Origin: an uncultured archaeon
Lineage (GTDB): Archaea; Asgardarchaeota; Heimdallarchaeia; Heimdallarchaeales; Kariarchaeaceae
NCBI GenBank assembly: GCA_964645535.1
Contig: CAZYCQ010000036.1
Span: 15,901 to 31,969 of the forward strand
DNA length: 16,069 nt
Direction: 5' to 3'
Below are positions 1 to 8,213 of this stretch, piece by piece. Under the pieces are notes generated by a model. That model saw nothing but the letters and a program-made list of their open reading frames with translations. It did no database searches and was not told the DNA's origin. The number at the start of each line of letters is the position of its first letter. Within the stretch, counting starts at the first letter, position 1. The translations under genes and the position numbers were made by a program.

Positions 1-500
1 AGGTGAACCTTGCGGACATCCCGGAGATTCTCCTGCGGAAAGACCCCCTTTCCCTTCGGATTGAAGATCTGAAGTGCACGCAGACTGGATGGAAATTCCG
101 GCCACGATTCAATAGGCACATGGGTCAAGGAAACCTTCAAAGCATGCAAATGCTGAAGCTCCAAAATTATATCCGGAAAAAAACTGATCGGCAAATAAAG
201 AAAAATTCCAAGAACATGCCCCGTCTTACTTACCGTGATCTTCCAATGAGTTCTGGCAAGATTTCTCCCCATCACAAAAATGCTTCCCAAGACATCCCGG
301 GGATTGTAATCCTTGCCCCAATCCAGCATGTCAATTCTCAACCCTCTCCGAAACTTGGCTATCGAATCCACCTGCACACTCTCAATTAACCGGAGCTGTG
401 CATGCAATTCTTCAAGGATTTCCACCTCATTCGCATCTATGTTGACATGGGTCTCCTTGCCTGTATCCATGTCCACCAGTGGAAGATAGAAATCAGCCAT
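1..500 (-). CDS. Probable leucine-rich-repeat (LRR) protein, N-terminal part; runs off the window start
   Basis: Manual translation of the minus strand from ATG at 500 is open to the window edge (166 codons): MADFYLPLVDMDTGKETHVNIDANEVEILEELHAQLRL...TVSKTGHVLGIFLYLPISFFPDIILELQHLHALKVSLTHVPIESWPEFPSSLRALQIFN... The GHVxxLxL cap and the PxxIxxLxxLxxLxV and FPSSLRALQI segments resemble LRR units. A TATA-like TTTATAT lies about 25-31 nt upstream. The LRR call is pattern recognition only. Confidence 0.65.
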   Translation of the reverse strand, partial: MADFYLPLVDMDTGKETHVNIDANEVEILEELHAQLRLIESVQVDSIAKFRRGLRIDMLDWGKDYNPRDVLGSIFVMGRNLARTHWKITVSKTGHVLGIFLYLPISFFPDIILELQHLHALKVSLTHVPIESWPEFPSSLRALQIFNPKGKGVFPQENLRDVRKVH

Positions 501-524
501 CCGTATATATAATCCCCCATTTGG

Positions 525-531
525 ATATAAA
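525..531 (-). promoter_or_regulatory. Putative archaeal TATA box (TTTATAT) for the LRR-like gene
   Basis: Plus-strand atataaa at 525-531 reads TTTATAT on the minus strand, 25-31 nt upstream of ATG 500. This is typical spacing for a leaderless or short-leader archaeal transcript. Confidence 0.5.
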
Positions 532-763
532 CCTATCCTCCTGTCTAAAAATCCCACAAGGATTTTTTTCCGCTCAACTACATAAATGCAATCCTAAAGA
601 TAGATAATACTCCCCTTCCTTGATCGCAACGAACAAAAAAAAAACAACGATCTTCCTTAGTGGATGCACAGGTTTGGATCATACTGTGTTAAAAATTCGG
701 TAATCCAAAGATCCCAATATTGATAAAATCTGATCCTTACTTGTATCCTGAGGTAAAACAAGA

Positions 764-1399
764 ATAAAAATCAAAATCTGTTTTCTTGTTCTGATGTTCC
801 TCCTGCTTGGAACTGTTTCCGCACAACCCATAGAACCCCTGCATCTAGATAAAGTAAGTGCAAATCGAACTGGTGGCCAATCATCCCTCTGAATTCTTTC
901 TCAAAGGAGAAGGTCAAAAACTTCGTAAAAAACAATATTTTTTTATGGCAACCTTTACCATCGCCAGCTCCGAAAATGGAACGTTTTTTGCATACGATGT
1001 TTTCAATGAAGGCTGGCAACCTCCTTCCAAAAAAAAATAAATGCAGTTGAGTCAGTCGCTACTCCTTTTATAACTGTTCCTCGCAAAAATGGAAATAATG
1101 CAACTTATTATGGATACGACGATTATAATGAATCCGCAGTTATTGCAAATGTTGACAATCAATCAAAAAGTATTGATATGTATATTGAGGCATTTGAACT
1201 TAATTCTACAACTTTTAATCCCGTCAATTCCACTGATGATCTCAATGTTGCAAAGCTTATTATTTATTCAACCATCGACCTAAATGGGATGATTTATGCA
1301 CAAACATTACTTGCAGCAAATGCTGAAAAGACACCCATTGGATATTATTTTGGATTTATTGCCCTCCTTGTGCTTTCTCTTGGCAGAAAGAGAAGGTAA
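764..1399 (+). pseudogene. Frameshifted gene for a secreted, C-terminally anchored protein (pseudogene, slippage-controlled gene or sequencing error)
   Basis: Three pieces join up. (1) From 764: IKIKICFLVLMFLLLGTVSA|QPIEPLHLDKV, signal-peptide-like, starting at ATA downstream of GAGGT, stop TGA 890-892. (2) 858-1040 in another frame, ending at an A9 run (1029-1037). (3) The original frame is open 1010-1399: INAVESVATPFITVPRKNGNNATYYGYDDYNESAVIANVDNQSKSIDMYIEAF...EKTPIGYYFGFIALLVLSLGRKRR*, with N-x-S/T sequons and a TM+basic tail. Confidence 0.55.
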
Positions 1400-1699
1400 A
1401 TCGAAATGGAATGAGCCAAAGATTTCACTATCCCCGTAAATTGAATTCAGCCTAAAATCCAACTGTTGAAATCGCCATTCAGTTACCTTGACATAACTTA
1501 TCAAAGAACATTGGAAAAATTTGGAAAACCTCCCCAATGCTATAATATTTCTGAAACTTACTCTCGTTTACAAGGTTCTCAACCCGTAACAGGGTATACC
1601 AGTAGTAATTGAGTTCTTTCCCAAAAAATAAAAGCAGTTGCTGAAATTTCTCATAAAATGAGAAAATCAATCCCCAACCTCAAGTAAACTTTCCTAAGT

Positions 1700-1735
1700 C
1701 TTATAAACAAAAAACTCAAATCAGGTAACAGAGGA
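1700..1735 (+). promoter_or_regulatory. Putative TATA box (TTATAAA 1701-1707) and Shine-Dalgarno-like GAGGA upstream of EF-1alpha
   Basis: cTTATAAA lies about 32-38 nt upstream of ATG 1739, and GAGGA (1731-1735) immediately precedes it. GAGGA and GAGGT also precede rps7 and rpl10e respectively. Confidence 0.45.
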
Positions 1736-1738
1736 ATT

Positions 1739-3031
1739 ATGAGTTCAAAGAAACCTCACTTGAACCTTGTTATCATCGGTCACGTAGACCATGGTAAGTC
1801 AACCATGACTGGTCACCTCCTCTATCTCGCAGGAGCTATCGACCAGAGAACCATGGAGAAATACGAAAAAGAGTCCGAAAAAATCGGAAGAGGAACTTGG
1901 AAGTTCGCATGGGCTCTAGACAAGCTGAAGGAAGAAAGAGAGAGAGGCGTGACGATCGATATTGCTTTCTTCAAGTTCGAGACACCTAAGCAGGTTTACA
2001 CCATCATTGATGCCCCTGGTCACCGTGACTTTGTGAAGAACATGATTACTGGTACTTCACAGGCTGATGCCGCTGTTCTTGTAGTTTCGGCTGAAAAGGG
2101 TGGTTTTGAGGCTGGTATTTCCGCCCAAGGTCAGACTCGTGAGCATGCTTTATTGGCCAAGACGTTGGGTGTTGACCAGTTGGTAGTTGCGATCAACAAG
2201 ATGGATACTGTTGATTATTCTGAGGATCGTTACAATGAGATCAAGGACGAGATTGGCAATTTCTTGAAGGGTATTGGTTACAAGTTGGACAAAGTTCCTT
2301 TTGTTCCAGTTTCTGGAATTGAAGGTGACAATCTTAAGGATCGTAGTCCTAAGACACCTTGGTACAAAGGGCCCACATTGTTGGAAGCTTTGGATGTATT
2401 TTCACCTCCTCCCAAGCCAACGGACAAGCCCTTGAGGTTGCCTATTCAGGACGTCTATACCATCACCGGTATTGGTACCGTTCCTTCAGGTCGTGTTGAG
2501 ACTGGTGTTATGAAGCCTGGTGACAAGATTATTTTTGCACCTTCTGGAAAAACCGGTACAGTAAACTCAATTGAGATGCACCACGAGGCCATTCCTCAGG
2601 CAGAGCCTGGTGACAACATTGGTTTTTCAGTGAAGGGTATTGGCAAGAAGGATGTAAGGAGAGGAGATGTTGTTGGTCATGTAACTGATCCTCCCACAGT
2701 TGCAGAAGAATTCCAGGCACAGGTCATTGTGATGAGGCACCCCACAGTCATCGCTCCTGGTTACACTCCTGTTATTCACATTGGTACTGCCCAGACTGCC
2801 TGCACCTTTGCGGAGTTGGTCAGCAAGACAACAAAAGGAGCAAAGGTTGACAAGCCTGATATTTTGAAGAACGGTGATTCTGCTATCGTGAAGATGATTC
2901 CTGTCAAGCCATTTGTTGTGGAATCCTTCAAGGACTTCCCTCAATTGGGTAGGTTTGCAGTTCGTGACATGGGTCAGACTGTTGCAGTCGGTGTTGCGAT
3001 GCAGGTCACCAAGAAGAAAGACTACGCATAA
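1739..3031 (+). CDS. tuf: Translation elongation factor 1-alpha (archaeal aEF-1alpha)
   Basis: [18 protein letters not shown] (G1), [30 protein letters not shown] (G3), NKMD (G4), [11 protein letters not shown] and [12 protein letters not shown]; 430 aa, archaeal/eukaryotic type. Confidence 0.99.
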   Translation: MSSKKPHLNLVIIGHVDHGKSTMTGHLLYLAGAIDQRTMEKYEKESEKIGRGTWKFAWALDKLKEERERGVTIDIAFFKFETPKQVYTIIDAPGHRDFVKNMITGTSQADAAVLVVSAEKGGFEAGISAQGQTREHALLAKTLGVDQLVVAINKMDTVDYSEDRYNEIKDEIGNFLKGIGYKLDKVPFVPVSGIEGDNLKDRSPKTPWYKGPTLLEALDVFSPPPKPTDKPLRLPIQDVYTITGIGTVPSGRVETGVMKPGDKIIFAPSGKTGTVNSIEMHHEAIPQAEPGDNIGFSVKGIGKKDVRRGDVVGHVTDPPTVAEEFQAQVIVMRHPTVIAPGYTPVIHIGTAQTACTFAELVSKTTKGAKVDKPDILKNGDSAIVKMIPVKPFVVESFKDFPQLGRFAVRDMGQTVAVGVAMQVTKKKDYA

Positions 3032-3032
3032 G

Positions 3033-3089
3033 ACCCCTTTAGGTTCAATTGAGAGAATTTTAGTTGCAAGCCGTCAATTTTGAAGGGGT
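3033..3089 (+). terminator. Possible stem-loop immediately after the EF-1alpha stop, followed by a T-rich tract
   Basis: ACCCCTT (3033-3039) pairs with AAGGGGT (3083-3089), and inner AATTGA (3047-3052) pairs with TCAATT (3074-3079). T-rich sequence follows from about 3101. Confidence 0.3.
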
Positions 3090-3215
3090 AACTATTGACC
3101 TTGCTTTTGTTAGTTTCAAGTATTGATGTTGTTTATTTTCATGATAATTGATGTCATTGAATTTTGTTCTGCTAACTCTTGTGTATTGGGATAATTTTCA
3201 AAGAGTTTCCATTTG

Positions 3216-3231
3216 CGAAAAAATATTAATA
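3216..3231 (+). promoter_or_regulatory. Putative BRE + TATA element for subtilase 1
   Basis: CGAAAAAA followed by TATTAATA (3224-3231), 20-27 nt upstream of ATG 3251. Confidence 0.45.
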
Positions 3232-3250
3232 CGTTATTGATGTCGTGGTT

Positions 3251-5071
3251 ATGAAACGTATATTTGCGTTATCTGTTGTTCTTTTACTGGCGTTCTCGAT
3301 GCGGGGGGTTTCGGCGGTGGAGGTGAATGAGGACGAGCTTCCGTGGGGTTTGGTTGCCATTGGTGCTCCCGGTGCGTGGGAGTACACCCTCGGTTTGCGA
3401 GAGATTGTTGTTGCAGTGATTGATTCTGGTCTGGACTATACGCATCCTGAGTTTGCGGGTCGTGTATGGAACAATACTGACGAGGTTCTTAATGGGATTG
3501 ATGATGACAACAACGGATATGTTGACGACATTCGTGGTTGGAACTTTTTTGATGATAATAACAATCCCATGGATACTCTTCCTTCTTCTCATGGCACTCA
3601 TGTGTCAGGCACGATTGCGGCAGCCTTGGATGGTGTTGGCGTTGCCGGTGTGGCTCCCAATGTCACGATCATGCCTTTGAAAGTGTTTGGAACCGATGAT
3701 AATGGCGGAGCCGTTGGCTTGGCAGAAGCCGTCCATTATGCCATCGACAATGGTGCCAACATTATCTCGATGAGTCTTGGCGGTCCAGGTATTTCATCGG
3801 ATATGATACGTGCGGTTCGTGATGCATGGGATGCAGGTCTGCTTTTGGTGGCTGCGAATGGCAATGATGGTGCCCGTTCAGTTGATTTTCCTGCTGCCTT
3901 TGATGAGGTGGTTGCGGTTTCTGCCCTTGCCCCTGATCTGTCAATTGCTGATTTCTCCAATACGGGCAATCCTACGGAGATTGCTGCGCCGGGTGTGGAT
4001 GTCAATTCCTCGGTTCGCCAAGGATCGAATCTGCGTCCGTTTCTTTGGGTGAACGATACGGAATATGCCTCGAATTGGATGGCTTTTGCGGCATCTGCGC
4101 CGACACCTGTTTCAGGTAATCTGGAATACATCGGTCTTGGAAGGTCGAGTGATGTTGCAGGTCTGAATTTGACTGGCAAGATAGCCCTGATCCAACGGGG
4201 TGAGATCACGTTCAAAAGCAAGGTTGGTAATGCCACTTCTGTAGGCGCGATCGGTGCCATAATCTTCAACAACCAGCCCGGAAATTTCTTCGGTACCTTG
4301 CAGGTTCCTGCCTCGATTCCTGCTGTTTCCATTTCACAGGCGGATGGTCAGGCTCTTCTTGATCAATTGAACCAGAATTTGACATTGAATGCAACCATCT
4401 GGTCTGAACCGATTAATTATGCATTTCTTTCGGGTACATCTATGGCAACACCTCATGTGTCTGGTGTGGCCGCTTTGATCTGGAGTCTGAACACAAGTCT
4501 TTCGAATGAGGAGGTGAGGCGAATTTTGGATCGGAGTACAACGGACATGGGTGCCTTCGGTCGCGACAGTCTGTATGGTTTTGGACTACTAAACGCCACT
4601 CGTGCAATGGAAGTAACTCTTGATAGGGATCTTCCTGATCTGACATACAATGTGACCAACGTCTGGAATGATGAGGAAGAACGTTTCGACCTTTCTGTGG
4701 AATTCACCGCCACGGATTCGGTTGGTGTCTACTCCGTTTCAATTGCAGTGTCCAACAGTACTGGAACGGAGGTTTCAGGTCCGACTGCCATCGCAAACCG
4801 GAAGACAGTTTATTCTGGTGCCTTGAAGATGGGGTTCGCATCGCCGCAAGGTGCCATTACGGTGACTTTGCAGGTGGAGGATCTTCGGGGTAATGTCCGT
4901 TCGGTTGACGTACCGATCATGGCTACAACTCCAGAACCGACTACCGTTTCAGGTGCAACAAACACTACCTCTTCAGAACCTGAGGCTAATGATCTTCCCT
5001 TGCCAGTCGCAGTTCCACTGACTGCTGGACTGACTTTTGCGGTTCTGGTGCTTCGTCGAAAAAGACAATAA
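3251..5071 (+). CDS. Membrane-anchored S8 subtilisin-like serine protease with PA-domain insertion (paralog 1)
   Basis: Signal peptide MKRIFALSVVLLLAFSMRGVSA. Catalytic triad motifs VAVIDSG, HGTHVSG and GTSMATPHV, with oxyanion AANGN. DDDNNGYVDDIRGWNF loop. PA domain (GKIALIQRGEITFKSKVGNATSVGAIGAIIFNN...SIPAVSIS). Beta-rich C-terminal domain, Thr/Ser/Pro linker, TM helix + RRKRQ. ATG 3251 preferred over GTG 3245. Confidence 0.96.
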   Translation: MKRIFALSVVLLLAFSMRGVSAVEVNEDELPWGLVAIGAPGAWEYTLGLREIVVAVIDSGLDYTHPEFAGRVWNNTDEVLNGIDDDNNGYVDDIRGWNFFDDNNNPMDTLPSSHGTHVSGTIAAALDGVGVAGVAPNVTIMPLKVFGTDDNGGAVGLAEAVHYAIDNGANIISMSLGGPGISSDMIRAVRDAWDAGLLLVAANGNDGARSVDFPAAFDEVVAVSALAPDLSIADFSNTGNPTEIAAPGVDVNSSVRQGSNLRPFLWVNDTEYASNWMAFAASAPTPVSGNLEYIGLGRSSDVAGLNLTGKIALIQRGEITFKSKVGNATSVGAIGAIIFNNQPGNFFGTLQVPASIPAVSISQADGQALLDQLNQNLTLNATIWSEPINYAFLSGTSMATPHVSGVAALIWSLNTSLSNEEVRRILDRSTTDMGAFGRDSLYGFGLLNATRAMEVTLDRDLPDLTYNVTNVWNDEEERFDLSVEFTATDSVGVYSVSIAVSNSTGTEVSGPTAIANRKTVYSGALKMGFASPQGAITVTLQVEDLRGNVRSVDVPIMATTPEPTTVSGATNTTSSEPEANDLPLPVAVPLTAGLTFAVLVLRRKRQ

Positions 5072-5132
5072 AAGATTCAAAGTCATTTTGGAATTAGGAA
5101 AACAATTTTAATTCAATCGTTAATTCATTTCC

Positions 5133-6950
5133 ATGCGATTTGTCTTGCTGATGCTTCTTCTGCTCCCAATTGCAGTCCAGAGCCAGCCATCCGTTATGAA
5201 TGAGCCAGAGGTGCCTTGGGGAATCAACGCCATTGGTGCCCCCGATGTCTGGGAACAAAGCTTGGGGAAAAGGGAGATTGTGGTTGCAGTGATTGATACA
5301 GGTGTGGATTACCTCCATCCCGATTTGAAGGCATCGATCTGGAACAACACGGACGAAATTCTCAATGGTCTTGATGATGACGACAATGGGTATGTTGATG
5401 ACATCCGTGGCTGGAACTTTTTTGATGGGAACAATGATCCCATGGATTTGTTTCCTTCATCCCACGGAACCCATGTAGCAGGTGTGATCGCGGCTTCGCT
5501 TAATGGTCTGGGTGTGGTCGGGGTGGCACCGAATGTGACTGTCATGCCGCTGAAGGTATTCGGTACCAGTAACACAGAAGGTGCAAAAGGACTAGCGGAT
5601 GCCATCCGGTATGCGATTGATAATGGTGCCAGGATTCTTTCCATGAGTCTTGGCAGTGCCGGAGTTTCCATGACTGTCCGTAAAGCCATTGAAGAGGCTT
5701 GGGAGGCAGGTTTGCTGTTGGTGTCGGCAACAGGGAACAGCGGAAGTTCCTTTGTGGAATTTCCTGCAGCTCTTCCAGAGGTAATCGCTGTTTCTGCTTT
5801 GTGGGAGAACCTGACATCCGCTGGTTTCTCCAATCGTGGTTCTTCCAACGAGATCTCTGCACCCGGTGTGCGTATCAACTCGACGGTGCGTCACAATGCA
5901 AGCTATGAATCGGTTTTGACAGTGAATTCAACAGTTTATCAATCCAATTGGGTTGTAAATGCCTCTGAGCATGAAATTTCTGGTTTTCTTGTCGATGGGG
6001 GTCAAGGATTCCCAGACGAGTTGGAAGATGTGGAAGGTAAGATTGTCCTGCTTCAGCGGGGTGCGCTCAGTATTGAGGAAAAGTTGACAAACGTAGCAAT
6101 AGCGGGAGCCATTGGTGCGATAGTTTACAATGATCTTCCTGGTCGTTTCTATAGTCAGGTAACGGAGCCTATGTCCATTCCGGCGGTGACCATCTCTGGA
6201 AAAGATGGTGAATTGTTCAGTGGTCTGCTTCTGGCCAACAATTCGCTTTCAGTTGATTTGAATGTCCGCAGGGTTTCCTATGGTCTGCTTTCAGGTACAT
6301 CAATGGCTGTTCCACATGTATCTGGTGCAGCTGCCTTGATTTGGAGTCTGAACATGAGTCTTTCAAATGCAGAGGTAAGGACTCTGCTCAACCGAGGGAC
6401 AATCGATGCAGGTAAACCGGGACCTGATAGTGATTATGGCTTCGGCAGGTTGAATGTATCCCGTGCAGTATCCCTGTTAAAAGATTCGTCATTTCCTGAA
6501 CTGCATTATACCGTCTCTCCTTGGTGGAATCGAGAACGATCTCGTGTGGAAATCGATATCTTTTTTGAAGCTCTTGATGATATGGGAATCTTTTCAGTGG
6601 AAGTTGTAGCAATCAATGGCAGTGGAATTAGTTTGCATGCACCCGTGCAATACAATTCGGCAAGAACCCCTTCCTTTTCTGGAAACATGACCCTTGTCTA
6701 TCCTGAATATTTGGGAAATGTCACCTTGAGATTGGCTGTGGAGGATCTTCGAGGACATAAAGTGACGCGGGATGTTCCAGTTGTTGTGTATCGGCAGGAG
6801 GATATGTTTTCCGTCTCGGTTGTTTCACAAGTTATCACTCTGACTGAATTGCAAACAATTTCATCGAGGGCAGGCTTGGACTACTTTTTTGTTCTTGTCT
6901 TGATTCTACAGATCGGAAAAGTGAAAAGGAGGAGATCTCGTCTTAATTGA
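5133..6950 (+). CDS. Membrane-anchored S8 subtilisin-like serine protease with PA-domain insertion (paralog 2)
   Basis: Signal peptide MRFVLLMLLLLPIAVQS. Motifs VAVIDTG, HGTHVAG, SATGNS and GTSMAVPHV. PA domain (GKIVLLQRGA...AGAIGAIVYND...SIPAVTIS). C-terminal hydrophobic segment + KRRRSR. Colinear with paralog 1. Confidence 0.96.
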   Translation: MRFVLLMLLLLPIAVQSQPSVMNEPEVPWGINAIGAPDVWEQSLGKREIVVAVIDTGVDYLHPDLKASIWNNTDEILNGLDDDDNGYVDDIRGWNFFDGNNDPMDLFPSSHGTHVAGVIAASLNGLGVVGVAPNVTVMPLKVFGTSNTEGAKGLADAIRYAIDNGARILSMSLGSAGVSMTVRKAIEEAWEAGLLLVSATGNSGSSFVEFPAALPEVIAVSALWENLTSAGFSNRGSSNEISAPGVRINSTVRHNASYESVLTVNSTVYQSNWVVNASEHEISGFLVDGGQGFPDELEDVEGKIVLLQRGALSIEEKLTNVAIAGAIGAIVYNDLPGRFYSQVTEPMSIPAVTISGKDGELFSGLLLANNSLSVDLNVRRVSYGLLSGTSMAVPHVSGAAALIWSLNMSLSNAEVRTLLNRGTIDAGKPGPDSDYGFGRLNVSRAVSLLKDSSFPELHYTVSPWWNRERSRVEIDIFFEALDDMGIFSVEVVAINGSGISLHAPVQYNSARTPSFSGNMTLVYPEYLGNVTLRLAVEDLRGHKVTRDVPVVVYRQEDMFSVSVVSQVITLTELQTISSRAGLDYFFVLVLILQIGKVKRRRSRLN

Positions 6951-6991
6951 AAAAAGCTTCTCAAGGTTGAATTGAAGGTGCAGAGTATCCA

Positions 6992-7558
6992 TTATCTGGC
7001 TGAGTACGCGATTCTTTCAATTTCTTGCTTCTTGCGAACCCCTTGGGAAGAGGTGTCATTGTTGGCTGCAGCGATCAGTTCGTCTGCGATGACTTCATCA
7101 AATGATTTGATGTTTGAGAAGCTTGCCTTGGTAATTCCTTCGGTGAGGTACCGTAAGGCAAGATCCACTCTCCTAAGTGGAGCAACATCAACTGCTTGAT
7201 GCTGGGCAACACCACCGTATGAGATTCTTGTGGTCTCTTCACGAGGAGCCGCATTAACGATGGCATCAACAAGAACCTGTACAGGGTTTTTGCCGGTCTT
7301 GGCATGAATGATCTCGAAAGCAGTCTGCACGCTCTTGGTGACCTTGAGCTTCTTTCCTGCATTCTTTCCAGGTCTCATCAGCTTGTTGATGAATCGTTCT
7401 ACAATATTCACTTCGGCTTTCTTGAAGCGTTGGGCTGCATGCCTGCCTGCAGAATGGGGTAAAATGATGGGTTTAAGGTTAATGTACCTTTGCAATCCCA
7501 GATCGCTTACCTCAACATCTTCCATGGACCATTTGTCAAAGAGCTTGAAGTCTGGCAT
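6992..7558 (-). CDS. rps7: 30S ribosomal protein S7 (uS7; archaeal S7p / eukaryotic S5-like)
   Basis: KLFDKWS, LPHSAGRHAAQRFKKAEVNIVERFINKLM, NPVQVLVDAIVNAAPREETTRI, AVDVAPLRRVDLA, KKQEIERIAYSAR. SD-like GAGGA upstream. Confidence 0.98.
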   Translation of the reverse strand: MPDFKLFDKWSMEDVEVSDLGLQRYINLKPIILPHSAGRHAAQRFKKAEVNIVERFINKLMRPGKNAGKKLKVTKSVQTAFEIIHAKTGKNPVQVLVDAIVNAAPREETTRISYGGVAQHQAVDVAPLRRVDLALRYLTEGITKASFSNIKSFDEVIADELIAAANNDTSSQGVRKKQEIERIAYSAR

Positions 7559-7616
7559 AGTAATTTCCTCTTTAATTAAGTCAGTTCTCCGTCCATTAAA
7601 AGTGTGACTTTACGAA

Positions 7617-8147
7617 TCATTCCTCCTCAACCTTGCCGACAACAACTCTGGCTGGGCAGGGCATCTTGGAGACACCGGACTGCATAGCGGCAATTGCATG
7701 GGGGAGATTCTCCTTGTTCACACGAATAGTGAAAAGTTCGTCATTGGCTTTGATCCTTGCAGCCCTATCTGTAGGCTTACCAAAGGATTTCCTCATTCCG
7801 TCCTGCATACGATCCGCACCTGCGAACGCCATCATTTTGTTCTCACGAAGGACATGATGAGGATGCTTCCTGACTCGGAAATGGTAGTTATCTCTACCCA
7901 CCTTTTTCATGAGTTTTCGGTTGATGGCCTGCCTGGCTGCTTCAAGTGCCATGTGGCGGATATTGCATGCCTCGAGTCCGATCATGTGAACCTCTGCATT
8001 GAAATCTCCGCCCTTCTTACCCATGTCATAGATCTGAAGTTTTGAACCAGGAATACCTCTGATGTATCCCTTGTTCTTTCTTCCTTGGGTCCTTGTATAG
8101 GCCGGCCCTTTTGAATATGAATAGCATCGTGCTGGTCTTTTACCCAT
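7617..8147 (-). CDS. rpl10e: 50S ribosomal protein L10e (uL16)
   Basis: MGKRPARCY start, ALEAARQAINR, RVRKHPHHVLRENKMMAFAGADRMQDGMRKSFGKP. Start moved from 8207 to ATG 8147, which matches the family N-terminus, has AGAGGT just upstream and has a TATA element at 8185-8191. Confidence 0.97.
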   Translation of the reverse strand: MGKRPARCYSYSKGPAYTRTQGRKNKGYIRGIPGSKLQIYDMGKKGGDFNAEVHMIGLEACNIRHMALEAARQAINRKLMKKVGRDNYHFRVRKHPHHVLRENKMMAFAGADRMQDGMRKSFGKPTDRAARIKANDELFTIRVNKENLPHAIAAMQSGVSKMPCPARVVVGKVEEE

Positions 8148-8184
8148 AATGATTACCTCTACACATGGTTTCCTGTTTCTCAAA

Positions 8185-8191
8185 TTTAAAA
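8185..8191 (-). promoter_or_regulatory. Putative TATA box (TTTTAAA) for rpl10e-rps7
   Basis: Plus-strand tttaaaa reads TTTTAAA on the minus strand, 38-44 nt upstream of ATG 8147, leaving room for a short leader containing the SD. Confidence 0.45.
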
Positions 8192-8213
8192 GGTATTCAT
8201 TGTTCACAAGAGA

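Noticed and set aside
3-389. 128-aa plus-strand ORF in the track
   Set aside because: It lies antisense to a longer, more protein-like minus-strand frame (ATG 500) with a promoter, and has no recognisable motifs.
1089-1283. 64-aa Met/Ile/Leu/Gln-rich ORF
   Set aside because: Alternative frame of the AAT-rich 1010-1399 segment; its composition is a frame artefact.
1307-1670. Short minus-strand ORFs (1307-1537, 1479-1670) as a gene or transposase remnant
   Set aside because: No recognisable motif, terminal inverted repeats or target duplication. It may be decayed coding DNA but cannot be supported.
3033-3089. SECIS-like element after EF-1alpha
   Set aside because: No in-frame TGA in the neighbouring intact genes and no AUGA/GA quartet in the stem.
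3284-6688. Numerous antisense or alternate-frame ORFs of 60-198 aa inside the subtilase genes (similar ones overlap tuf, rps7, rpl10e, the TrmB-like, V4R and GTPase genes)
   Set aside because: Shadows of well-supported genes; the similarity between 3736-4332 and 5309-5878 simply mirrors the subtilase duplication.
8148-8207. 20-aa N-terminal extension of L10e given by the ORF track
   Set aside because: The family N-terminus (MGKRPARCY), the SD and the TATA element all point to ATG 8147; the extension overlaps the promoter.
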